Virus record (IMG/VR): IMGVR_UViG_3300044953_000572
Location: 1-60,512 of that record
Origin: a virus
Taxonomy: Duplodnaviria; Caudoviricetes
Length of the DNA: 60,512 bases
Direction: 5' to 3' (one strand)
A program made the position numbers and the translations under genes. A model generated the notes under the pieces. It was given only the letters and a program-made list of their open reading frames with translations, made no database searches and was not told the origin of the DNA. Shown here in pieces: positions 1 to 9,046 of the stretch (position 1 is the first letter of the stretch; each line of letters begins with the position of its first letter).

Positions 1-1
1 T

Positions 2-340
2 TTTGCCTTTCTTTTTCTTGGTTGCTTTGGCCTTGGGCTTAGCGGTCGTTTTTGTTTTACCTTTGCTTGCTGCTTTGGCTGGTTTGCTTTTCTTTGTAGC
101 CTTAGCTTTAGCGGGCGCAGCTTTCTTCACGCTCTTTTTTGGAGCTTTCGCTTTACTCGCCACCTTCCCTTTTGAAGCAGATTTTTTAGCAGGTGATTTG
201 GCCACTTTTTTCTTAGGGATAACAGCCTTTTTAGCTTGCTTAGTTACAGCTTTAACGGCTTGCTTAGCCTTTTTTAAAACTGCCTTCGCTTCTTTCTTGA
301 CGGTCTTCATTACTTTCTTAACGGGTTTTGCTTTTGCCAT
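2..340 (-). CDS. Histone H1-like Lys/Ala-rich DNA-binding protein (3' end off window; missed by ORF track)
   Basis: Minus-strand ATG at 340 with GAGG RBS; MAKAKPVKKVMKTVKKEAKAVLKKAKQAVKAVTKQAKKAVIPKKKVAKSPAKKSASK..., open to window edge. Confidence 0.85.
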   Translation of the reverse strand, partial: MAKAKPVKKVMKTVKKEAKAVLKKAKQAVKAVTKQAKKAVIPKKKVAKSPAKKSASKGKVASKAKAPKKSVKKAAPAKAKATKKSKPAKAASKGKTKTTAKPKAKATKKKKGK

Positions 341-395
341 TGTTTCTATTCCTCAATTTATTGATAAAATTGAGTGTAACAATACTTTTTAAATT

Positions 396-2876
396 TTACC
401 ACCCCATACCCATATCCATCCCTCTATCCTGGCTGTTGTGCATCGCTAATTCCTGCGCTATCCGCTGGCTGGTTTGATAGCCTATAGCGTCCCGTTCGAT
501 TGCTTTGTAAATCTCTTGCTCTTTGACTATTTTATTCAAACGAGTGTCGTTAAAAATCTCATGCGCAACGCTTTGAGCTTTTTTCTCTACTTCTTGCCAT
601 TGGGCCTTTTCAGCTGGATTATCACTTATAGAATATTGTTCTAAACGTTCCTTCCGTATGGAAATATCTACGTATTCTCTCAATTCGGGTATATTTTCCA
701 ACGCTAAGTATTTGGTTCTCTTGCGCGTCATACATTCAAGAAAGTCATTGTGGCTACGGAACTCTTGCTTGCTATAAAAAACTGTAGTTTCTTCTTTGTG
801 CCTAGTCATAGCTGGATAAATAGAATTGCTGTCACAATTCCTTGTGGCGTATAAAAAACTCGTACTTTCGTTTATTCCTTGAGATTTGGCGATTGTAGTA
901 GCGTAGCCGTGGTCGAAATTCTTATACACCTCAGTATCAAAAATAACTTCTCTCTTATCCTGGTCAAGCTCAACAGTCATTATTCTTCCATCAATACTCT
1001 TTACGAACCCTGCGCTGCCATTACTTACCCCTAGAACCCTATCATTCTGTAAGAACAAAATTCTATCGTTAACCGCAAAATTGTGCTTTCCTTCCTCAGC
1101 AATCATCTCATGTTCTTCAATGCTTAAGTGGTCAGAGGTTTTGTAAATCGTTTTAAATTCCTTGCCTTTACCAAGCTCGCCATTTTCTTTTAGTAGGTTC
1201 CTCGCTGTTTCATTCAATAACTGTGCGTCTTCCCTTGTGTAGGTCAGCATTATTCTAGTTTCATCAGGGTAATATTTGCGGTTTTCCTGCCATTTTTTAA
1301 TCATTGCATCTATAGCCATCTCTTTAGTTTCAAACGCCAGAATACATCCATGTTCGTCATAACGTCTTAACGCATCAGCAGTATCACCTCGACCAAACGC
1401 CTTGGTGGCTTCCTGCTGCCAAATTTGTGTTTGTCTGCGAATTTCACTCAAGTTCATTGTGGAAAACCGCTCGGATATTGCCCTAAACGGACTACCAGCC
1501 TCAATGGCTTGTAATTGCTCAGTATCTCCAATAAACACTACCTTAGCCTCTGCTTGTTCAACTTCTTTCAATATCCTAGCCACTTGTCTTGAGCCTAACA
1601 TCCCCGCTTCATCAATTACTAGCACAGTGTCCTTGGTAAGTTTTTCCTCTCCCTTGTCCCAATAACTCATACGACTAGCGAGCGTTCTACTTTCAATACC
1701 GCTGCTCGCTTGTAATCCTGATGCTGCGATACCCGACAGCGTAACGCCTTCAACTCGATAGCCCGACTGCTCCCATACGTCACGAGCAGCACCCAATAAA
1801 TAGCTTTTACCACTTCCTGCGTAACCGATAACGCATTTCATGTCGCCTGTGTCGATGAGATGGTTTAATACTTCTCGCTGCTCATCTGAAAGCGGTCTAG
1901 TTACTTTGACCTCTTTAACAGTATGACCTTTTCGCATATCAAGCTCATTTGCTTTAGTTAGCATTTCAATTTCTAAATCAAGCATACGCTTGCTGGTGAA
2001 GCTGGCGTTTTTTCCAAAAATTTCTACCAGCTCTTTGCTATCTCGAATGGCTTCGTAGACGTCAAAATATTGTGTTTCATGGACTGAGTGGCGCTTAGCG
2101 AAAGCATGGATATCTTTTTCTGAAAATGTCGATTGATTCCGAGTGAGCGCTTTAATCGCTATGGACGGGTCAGCTAGAATGCGCTCGGCATTGTCTCTGG
2201 CTATCCTTTCGTGCTCGGCTTTTCTTCGGTCATTGAACTTGTAGTTCTCATTTCCTCGTCTGACCTGCGGTTCTAAAGCGATACCCTGCTCGGCTAAGCT
2301 CAGATGCGTGATTCTTTCACGATGTCCGTTAAGAGATAGAGCCTCGTTAGCGTAGCTAGCCCATTCAGCCCGCCAGTCTTGTAACAAGTCTTTTGAGTTC
2401 CAGGTGCGGTTCTTTAAGCCGAACCCTTGCTCGGAGACTTCCCTTAGAGTAAGAAGCACATGAACATGGGATAGAGCAGAGCCATCAGAAGTATACTTGG
2501 TATGGATAGCTAAATCAGCAACCATACCCTTAGCGACAAACATTTCCTTAACAAATTTTTCCGCAAGCTCGATGTTCTGTTGGGTGGTTAGCTCTTTGGG
2601 CAAATCAAAGTTAACGTCTCGGCATAGTTGGGCATCGGTTCGCTTCTCAAATTGCTCAACGTAGTTCCATAAAGCTTGCCTGTCCTTCATCCAACTTGGA
2701 GCGGATTCAGGCAGCATGATTGTCTTGTGGGTTACGTCATCCTTGTGACGAAAGTCATACCGCTTGCCCGTTCTGAAATCGATTAACTTTTCACCTGAAC
2801 GATAGGCGGCAGCAGCAACGGAACTGCGTCCCGCTGAACGCTTAACGATGTCTACGCTAAAGTGATAATTTGCCAT
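396..2876 (-). CDS. traA: Ti-type conjugative relaxase-helicase TraA (MobA/MobL, MOBQ family)
   Basis: N-terminal MANYH...AAAAYRSG (catalytic Tyr), AIH...HVH HUH motif; C-terminal RecD-like helicase GYAGSGKS, DEAGM, GDTEQL, HGYATTIAKSQG. Confidence 0.95.
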   Translation of the reverse strand: MANYHFSVDIVKRSAGRSSVAAAAYRSGEKLIDFRTGKRYDFRHKDDVTHKTIMLPESAPSWMKDRQALWNYVEQFEKRTDAQLCRDVNFDLPKELTTQQNIELAEKFVKEMFVAKGMVADLAIHTKYTSDGSALSHVHVLLTLREVSEQGFGLKNRTWNSKDLLQDWRAEWASYANEALSLNGHRERITHLSLAEQGIALEPQVRRGNENYKFNDRRKAEHERIARDNAERILADPSIAIKALTRNQSTFSEKDIHAFAKRHSVHETQYFDVYEAIRDSKELVEIFGKNASFTSKRMLDLEIEMLTKANELDMRKGHTVKEVKVTRPLSDEQREVLNHLIDTGDMKCVIGYAGSGKSYLLGAARDVWEQSGYRVEGVTLSGIAASGLQASSGIESRTLASRMSYWDKGEEKLTKDTVLVIDEAGMLGSRQVARILKEVEQAEAKVVFIGDTEQLQAIEAGSPFRAISERFSTMNLSEIRRQTQIWQQEATKAFGRGDTADALRRYDEHGCILAFETKEMAIDAMIKKWQENRKYYPDETRIMLTYTREDAQLLNETARNLLKENGELGKGKEFKTIYKTSDHLSIEEHEMIAEEGKHNFAVNDRILFLQNDRVLGVSNGSAGFVKSIDGRIMTVELDQDKREVIFDTEVYKNFDHGYATTIAKSQGINESTSFLYATRNCDSNSIYPAMTRHKEETTVFYSKQEFRSHNDFLECMTRKRTKYLALENIPELREYVDISIRKERLEQYSISDNPAEKAQWQEVEKKAQSVAHEIFNDTRLNKIVKEQEIYKAIERDAIGYQTSQRIAQELAMHNSQDRGMDMGMGW

Positions 2877-3261
2877 TCATCTTTCCTGGAATTAGTCGTA
2901 CGGCTGGGAATGCCTGGTTGTGGACGGCTCTGTGAGGCGCATGGAAAAACTGATGGACAAAGCCATTGATAAACTGTTTCTTTGCTTCGCAAAACAAACC
3001 AGCTTCCCAACAGTTTGACCACGAGCTTTACCACGCTCCGACCACAACGTTTGACAACAATTAACACAATGCGTCCCCGCTTGAGAGGGGCGGGGACGGG
3101 CTGCACTAACTTTGAATTGCGCAAATTCTTATCTCCCTGAGCCAACGATTTGTTGTTGGCAGTTGGCAGGAGCCAACGTGCCAATCCGCGACAAGGTCGC
3201 TACCAGTCCTTCCATCATGTCGGTCAACAGGAGTTAGACCCACAACGATGAAAGGACAATT

Positions 3262-3289
3262 AACGCGCTTATACATTGCTTCGCAACGT
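3262..3289 (-). promoter_or_regulatory. Putative MOBQ-type origin of transfer (oriT/nic)
   Basis: Minus strand ACGTTGC-GAA-GCAATGT inverted repeat directly followed by ATAAGCGCG, resembling the IR + TAAGTGCGCCC core of MOBQ oriTs; upstream of traA. Confidence 0.7.
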
Positions 3290-3409
3290 GGCGCTTTCTT
3301 GAATGTCGATGTAATACAGGATGCGTGTCAACAGCTTGAATAAAAATTATTAAAGACGTGAATGTGAATATGGAATTTAAGAAAGAAGGAATGTGATCTA
3401 GGAAATTGA

Positions 3410-3700
3410 CTAATTATTATCTAAATGCCCAGAAGCATATCGATGCAAAACGCTAGCTATCATAGTTTGATATGGCATCCCTTCATGAGCAGCCTTTTGC
3501 TTTATAAGGTCTAAATCGGTTTCTGAAATTCTAATATTAATTCTTTGCTTTTTAAGCAGATAATTGTTAGCGGCTTTTTTAGCCTTGGCTTGCTCTGCTT
3601 TTAAATTTTTAATGCTTCTCCATTCTCCCCGGTCGATGGAATCTGATATCGCCTGTTCTTCTTTATTAAGACTGAATGTCACCTGCCGTTTGTTATTCAT
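3410..3700 (-). CDS. CopG/BrnA-type RHH antitoxin
   Basis: INIRISETDLDLIKQKAAHEGMPYQTMIASVLH motif; overlaps the upstream toxin gene. Confidence 0.85.
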   Translation of the reverse strand: MNNKRQVTFSLNKEEQAISDSIDRGEWRSIKNLKAEQAKAKKAANNYLLKKQRINIRISETDLDLIKQKAAHEGMPYQTMIASVLHRYASGHLDNN

Positions 3701-3992
3701 CTACTGTCTCCTTTTCTTTAAGATACTTCTTAGTAAACTTTCTGTTGGGGAAAATGGTTTTAAGAAATATTTTGTTTTCTGATTCGACAAATGGAACTAA
3801 GTAAATATAATTATTTAGCTCGATCACATAAATTTTTTGATGCCCATATTTGTTACTGTTTGGATGCTCTAACACATCTAATGGGCCTTGCTTATCTAAA
3901 GCAGCTATAACCATTTCAAAGCTGACATGCCTAGTTTTAATAAGTTCCGCATTCTTATCTGGGTCAAAGCTATAAATAGGGTTACGCCTCAT
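3693..3992 (-). CDS. brnT: BrnT-family toxin
   Basis: FDPDKNAELIKTRHVSFE N-terminus and FLKTIFPNRKFTKKY C-terminus; toxin-first order. Confidence 0.8.
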   Translation of the reverse strand: MRRNPIYSFDPDKNAELIKTRHVSFEMVIAALDKQGPLDVLEHPNSNKYGHQKIYVIELNNYIYLVPFVESENKIFLKTIFPNRKFTKKYLKEKETVDE

Positions 3993-3996
3993 TAAG

Positions 3997-4173
3997 CTAA
4001 TGGTGGCGCATTATGTGCCTTTTGTCAACAAGCTTCTTTAGTAAATACCTTTCCCGGTCCCTAAAATATCGCTCAATAGCCTTACGTGCATAATAACTTT
4101 TGCTTTTCCCCGTTTGATTGGCCAAGGTTTGAAGTCTGTGCTCTAATTCTTTGGATAACCTGACCACCAGCAT
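3997..4173 (-). CDS. Small ribbon-helix-helix protein, RelB/CopG-like, 58 aa (missed by ORF track)
   Basis: MLVVRLSKELEHRLQTLANQTGKSKSYYARKAIERYF...; ATG abuts the virD4 stop. Confidence 0.75.
   Translation of the reverse strand: MLVVRLSKELEHRLQTLANQTGKSKSYYARKAIERYFRDRERYLLKKLVDKRHIMRHH
4000..4029 (-). promoter_or_regulatory. Putative TA promoter with operator palindrome
   Basis: Minus strand TTGACA followed by the imperfect palindrome GGCACATAATGCGCC, just upstream of the toxin ATG. Confidence 0.45.
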
Positions 4174-6129
4174 CTAACCGCCTCGATTCTCATGCAACGG
4201 ATTGCCATCCCACAGCCCCTTCCATTCCTTGCGCTCCCAGTAATTAATCCTATGGCAGATAATAGGATATTCACCACGCTTGAATGCCAGCGCGACCCTG
4301 TCGCCCAATCGTTCAATTTCATCTGGCATTAATAATTGTCTACCAGTTTCGGAAGTCGAATTGCCGCTTTGTACGGACTCTCCACCGCCTTTGAATTGTT
4401 TTTGAACACCTTCACTTTGACTGACCGAGCTAACTTCGATTGTTTGCTTGCCTAGTTTTTTCGCGATGAACTCGCTAGTCATTACCTCAGCTGCTCCAAA
4501 AAATATTGATAGCTGGCTTGAGAAAAAAGCTTCCCAGGTATGCGGATAAGTGTTTCTTAAGTCTTGTATTGTTTGAGCGGCCATCAACAGACTGACTCCA
4601 AATCCTCGTCCGTAGGTTCGTATATTGTCGATTTGTTTTAGATAACCCAAGGCTGGCATCTCATCAATGAGCATCAAAAGGTTGTGCTTTCCGATATTGC
4701 CTTTAGCGCGCATAATTTCAATGAACGTAACACCAATTAAAAGCCTTAATAATTGTTTTTGGTCGTCCAACTTTTCAGGTGGAATGCAAACAAAAAGGTC
4801 AAAGTTACCTTTCACCATTTCGGATAGTTCAAAATCAGATTCACTGGTAGCTTCTTGTATGGCCTGAGCCGCTGCAAATCGCATGGCTAAAACTGCGCTA
4901 CTCAGGATGCCTGAACGCTCTCGATGTTCAATACCTAAAAACTGATTAGCCAGATTAGCGGCCTCACCACCCGCTGCTGAATAGTCTTCCCCAACTTCTT
5001 TTAATAGCTCTAATAGTTCACCTAAAGGCTTTGAGAGAATTTTATACACACTATATAGATTGCGGTTTTGTTTTGGGAAAGTTCCAACCACATGTAAAAT
5101 AACAGTCTTAATTAGACTTGCCGCGTGAGACTGGAAATGGAACGCGGCCGCTCCGTCTTTGATATTTGCTGGGCATATTAATTCTACTAAGATTTGGGCG
5201 TCATCGACTAATTCCTTGCTACTAGCGTCTAAAAACTGCAATGGATTGATTCTAATTTTAGGCGCACCGGCAATCCCAAATGGGTCAAATGCAATAACCT
5301 CACGCCCTTTGGACTCTCTAGCTCTCCTAGTTACAGTATAGTTCTCGCCTTTGATATCGGTAACAAATACCGCACCTGGGTAGCTTAAAAGCGTTGGCAT
5401 GATTACCCCAACATTTTTACCTGAACCACTAGGAGCAACCAATATGGCATGGTCGGCTTTAATTCTAATCAGCTCGTCTCCGCCTTTCTTTTGAATGCTG
5501 GCCACCAGTTTATGAGCATCTGTAAAATCCTTCTCTTTAGGCATCGCTCCAACAACTATCCCCTCAGAATCGTTTAGCCGTTTAATTCCTTTGGCGTCTA
5601 AAAACTTAGCCGTACCAAAGTTCGTAGATTTAGGCTTAGCGGATGAAAAAGCTGAATCAAATTTAATAAGCGCTCTATTACGAACCAAACACCAGAATGC
5701 GGAAATAATGAGCATTAGCTGAACGGCGTCTATAATGAATACGCTCCAAAAGCCGTCCATGTCCATAATTAAAGACCATTGCTTGTACAGCGAGAATAAG
5801 TCGACACCTCTCTTAGTCAACAAATTAAAATAATGACCGCTCCACAGTGGGGCTATCTTGTACAAATACCAGGAATTAACCAGCATGCTTGAAACGACGG
5901 CTAACCCTTTGTCTATCTCCAGCTTGAACAACAGCATTGAGCCGAGTATTGTTAATGCTGGTACCAGATGCAATGAAGCGTACTGGACTAAAATTGGCGC
6001 GTCATTGTGATGACCTAAAAGAAAATAGTTTTTCCAAAACCAAAAATAGAAGACAGGGAATGGCAATACGCCAATCCATATCCATTTAAAACGCCACAAT
6101 AAAAATAAAATACTTTTTAATCTTGGCAT
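4174..6129 (-). CDS. virD4: Type IV coupling protein VirD4/TraG
   Basis: N-terminal TM segments, FGTAKF, Walker A APSGSGKN, TDIKGE, Walker B LIDEMPALG. Confidence 0.95.
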   Translation of the reverse strand: MPRLKSILFLLWRFKWIWIGVLPFPVFYFWFWKNYFLLGHHNDAPILVQYASLHLVPALTILGSMLLFKLEIDKGLAVVSSMLVNSWYLYKIAPLWSGHYFNLLTKRGVDLFSLYKQWSLIMDMDGFWSVFIIDAVQLMLIISAFWCLVRNRALIKFDSAFSSAKPKSTNFGTAKFLDAKGIKRLNDSEGIVVGAMPKEKDFTDAHKLVASIQKKGGDELIRIKADHAILVAPSGSGKNVGVIMPTLLSYPGAVFVTDIKGENYTVTRRARESKGREVIAFDPFGIAGAPKIRINPLQFLDASSKELVDDAQILVELICPANIKDGAAAFHFQSHAASLIKTVILHVVGTFPKQNRNLYSVYKILSKPLGELLELLKEVGEDYSAAGGEAANLANQFLGIEHRERSGILSSAVLAMRFAAAQAIQEATSESDFELSEMVKGNFDLFVCIPPEKLDDQKQLLRLLIGVTFIEIMRAKGNIGKHNLLMLIDEMPALGYLKQIDNIRTYGRGFGVSLLMAAQTIQDLRNTYPHTWEAFFSSQLSIFFGAAEVMTSEFIAKKLGKQTIEVSSVSQSEGVQKQFKGGGESVQSGNSTSETGRQLLMPDEIERLGDRVALAFKRGEYPIICHRINYWERKEWKGLWDGNPLHENRGG

Positions 6130-7082
6130 ATAAGGTCTCGTTTTCCAGTTTTAGGGTAATAAATTTCAGTAACCCGCCTCTTGCCGTTAAAATCCCTATG
6201 CAATTGCACAATCGCGTCCAATAGCCCATTTAAAAGCTGCTCTAGCTCAGATTTAGGAATATCCGTACCCGACATTAGGATGTTTTGCCGAATCGCGTCA
6301 ATAAGGGATTTAGGCGAATCGGCGTGAGCGGTGCATAAAAATCCCGCATGACCCGAGTTCAGCATCCGTAAAATTGGTAAAGCATTAGCCATGGATAGCT
6401 CACCGCACACAATCATATCTGGCCTGCTACGCATTAAATGGTCAATCATTTGCGGATATCCAATGGTAGGGTTACTTTCATTACGGCTTACCAAGTAATT
6501 AGATTTGTCATAGTGCTCAATGTTTAGTTCGTAGGTATCTTCTACGGAAAGGATGCGTCTATCTTTAGGAACATACTTTAGCAAGCAATTTAGAAAGGTT
6601 GTCTTACCGCTTGAAGTCCCGCCAGAAATAATAACGTTAGCGCCTTTCTCAATCATCGAAATCAGATTGTCTTTTTTCTCGTCCTTAAGTCCAAAGTCCT
6701 CAAGCGTTAGAGTGATTTCTCTTTTCAGCCGAATCGACACGGAAATCTTTTGTTTAACGGCATCGCCTACCATCGCCTCAAACCGATGCCCGCCTGGTAG
6801 TTCTACCGACACTCTAGGCTGTTTCTCAGGATGAAAGAAAGAGCCGTTGCCGTTAGCTAAGATGTAGCATAGATTAAGCCAATATCTAAAATCCAAATGC
6901 TTGGCATTAACGAACTTGACGCCTTCCGTAGCGGATTCTAGCCTTAGCTCTCCAGGTTTGTTAACGTTCACTTCCACTAAATTGCGAATAGTTAAATATT
7001 CAAATAGTGGCTTTAAGAACGCCAACAGCACTGGCCTGTCCTTTAATTGTTCTTCCAACTGTTGAATCAGTATTGTACCCAT
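6117..7082 (-). CDS. virB11: VirB11 traffic ATPase
   Basis: SGGTSSGKTT, VEDTYEL, RSRPDMIVCGE, NSGHAG...TAHA. Confidence 0.95.
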   Translation of the reverse strand: MGTILIQQLEEQLKDRPVLLAFLKPLFEYLTIRNLVEVNVNKPGELRLESATEGVKFVNAKHLDFRYWLNLCYILANGNGSFFHPEKQPRVSVELPGGHRFEAMVGDAVKQKISVSIRLKREITLTLEDFGLKDEKKDNLISMIEKGANVIISGGTSSGKTTFLNCLLKYVPKDRRILSVEDTYELNIEHYDKSNYLVSRNESNPTIGYPQMIDHLMRSRPDMIVCGELSMANALPILRMLNSGHAGFLCTAHADSPKSLIDAIRQNILMSGTDIPKSELEQLLNGLLDAIVQLHRDFNGKRRVTEIYYPKTGKRDLICQD

Positions 7083-9046
7083 GCGTCATACTCCGAATGT
7101 CCATCAGGATAACGAGTGGCGTTCCTGTAGTAATTGATAAAGTCTATTGTTTGGTACTCGATTGATTTAGTACACAAATTAGCCGAAGCAATAGGATTTC
7201 CTTCGCTCACTAACTTTTCATAAGTGGAACCATCTCCACGTTTGTAAGCGTTATACAGTTGCGTTCTAGTAATCTTATAGCAACCTTGATAGTGAAAGTT
7301 TTCCGTGGGCTTGGTCTGGTCAGCCAATTGCTCGTAAGCGACATTTTCGCCCGCTTTTTCCTTAATGGCGACCTTATTATCCTCGTCATCCACGTATACC
7401 GACAAAATAGGCTTAGAGATTAAATTTTTATCATCATTCGACCATTCCTTAATCTCGGTTTGATGGTCTAGATATTCCGCCGTCTTTTGGCATTCGCTCA
7501 CGTAATGCTTTTGGCCTTCATTCTCATAATAATATTGCGCCAGAGAATAACTTTTTCCATTCTCGAAATCATGCACGTACTGACCAGCGCAAGGCGTTCT
7601 GTCTTGTAGGAGCGCTATATTACTGGGTCTACACTCCCTCACCTCAATCGTTTTGTTGCCTTTTTTAATTACTAATCGAGCTTGTACGTGCCTGTTTCCA
7701 TTTATTTTTAGTTGAGAGCAACCATCGGCGGTTTCACTGACTTTGAATTTCTCCGACTTATCGGAAACACCACAACCAACTACAGGCAGAAATATCCCAA
7801 ATTTATTTAAATATCCTAGCCTAGAGGTTTTAATGGCGTATCCTTCCTCTGTCTCGATATCGAATGGACAGCCTCGTGACTCCTCGAAAATATTAAACGG
7901 GTGACCTTCATCTACTTTAATCCCTAAGTTATGTCGCTCGCCGTTTTTATCGAACCAATGCTCTTGATATCTAGCGAAAGCTTTCTTTGTACCTATATCC
8001 ACTTCATCAATACAATCATCACACAAATAATCTCGCTTAACGGGATAAGTTTCCAGCGTCTTCTCGCATACTCCTTCATCAACCACTTTCCCATTTTCTA
8101 TTTTCTTAGCTCTAGCAGTAATGATGACTCGCTCTTGCAATACGTCATGCTCTGGGTTACAGCCGTCTTCGGTAAGCTCTACATTAATATTAGGGCTATC
8201 AGTCTTCTTAGAATCATCATTTTTAGCAGAGCTGTCTTTTAAATTTATGTCCATATCCCCTTTAGATTTTCTCACTGAACCATCAGCCCCTTGAAATCCT
8301 GGCAGGTTAGCAGGGTTGTGCCCATCAGCGTTTAAATTTAGTTGCCCACTATCAGCACTAGCTTGCACGTCAGTTTTAGATTTCCTGGAATTATTAGAAT
8401 CATTAGGCAAGCCGTTTTCATCTAACCCCATTTCAGAAGCTTCTCCAGGCTCAATAGTGGCCGAACTCTTAACGTTATTGGCAACATTAACTCGTCTAGT
8501 CCCACCGTTATTTACCAACCAAGACGCATGTTCATCAGGTTTTCCATAAACCGCTTTAAACTTTCTTTTTCTTTTTAAATCCTCTAAATCTATCTTATCT
8601 TGCTCTAAATCATTAATTGCTCGAATTAAATCTTGTTCATCACCAAACGTTGGTAGCGGGATATTTTTAATATCCACACCATCTTTAAACATGAAAGAAG
8701 ACACGATAGGCTCTTTAAATCCCACCACTTTATCGGGAGAATCCATTCTTTGTACACCCAACCATTGAATATTAGCGATGTTGTAGCCCTTAAGCGATTT
8801 ATCCTTGCAAGGACTAACATAAACCTTTCCCTGTAATCGCATTTTGTCGGATTTGTTCTTATCTATATCTTTTAAAGAGCCATAAATTTTATAGACGTTC
8901 ATTTTATTCTCTATTTTTAAGTCTTCTTCAATAATTGCGCCGTGTTTAAGTTTGGGCGTTGTTTCTTCTTCTGAAACTTTTTGTTTTCCAGCAAATACGG
9001 ACATAGACAAACTTAAACATAAAACGCTAATCGCTAACTTTTTCAT
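7067..9046 (-). CDS. Secreted Cys-rich protein within T4SS operon (possibly TraN-like mating-pair stabiliser)
   Basis: Likely ATG at 9046 with GAGG RBS; signal peptide MKKLAISVLCLSLSMSVFA; low-complexity linker, then many spaced Cys. Confidence 0.5.
   Translation of the reverse strand: MKKLAISVLCLSLSMSVFAGKQKVSEEETTPKLKHGAIIEEDLKIENKMNVYKIYGSLKDIDKNKSDKMRLQGKVYVSPCKDKSLKGYNIANIQWLGVQRMDSPDKVVGFKEPIVSSFMFKDGVDIKNIPLPTFGDEQDLIRAINDLEQDKIDLEDLKRKRKFKAVYGKPDEHASWLVNNGGTRRVNVANNVKSSATIEPGEASEMGLDENGLPNDSNNSRKSKTDVQASADSGQLNLNADGHNPANLPGFQGADGSVRKSKGDMDINLKDSSAKNDDSKKTDSPNINVELTEDGCNPEHDVLQERVIITARAKKIENGKVVDEGVCEKTLETYPVKRDYLCDDCIDEVDIGTKKAFARYQEHWFDKNGERHNLGIKVDEGHPFNIFEESRGCPFDIETEEGYAIKTSRLGYLNKFGIFLPVVGCGVSDKSEKFKVSETADGCSQLKINGNRHVQARLVIKKGNKTIEVRECRPSNIALLQDRTPCAGQYVHDFENGKSYSLAQYYYENEGQKHYVSECQKTAEYLDHQTEIKEWSNDDKNLISKPILSVYVDDEDNKVAIKEKAGENVAYEQLADQTKPTENFHYQGCYKITRTQLYNAYKRGDGSTYEKLVSEGNPIASANLCTKSIEYQTIDFINYYRNATRYPDGHSEYDAWVQY

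Noticed and set aside
3-392. Plus-strand 129-aa Phe/Leu/Ala-rich 'membrane protein' in the ORF track
   Set aside because: It is the antisense shadow of the Lys/Ala-rich minus-strand gene, which has an ATG and RBS
2852-3184. 110-aa ORF upstream of traA as a possible TraC/MobC
   Set aside because: TTG start, no recognisable motif, and it runs through the hairpin-rich oriT-adjacent tract
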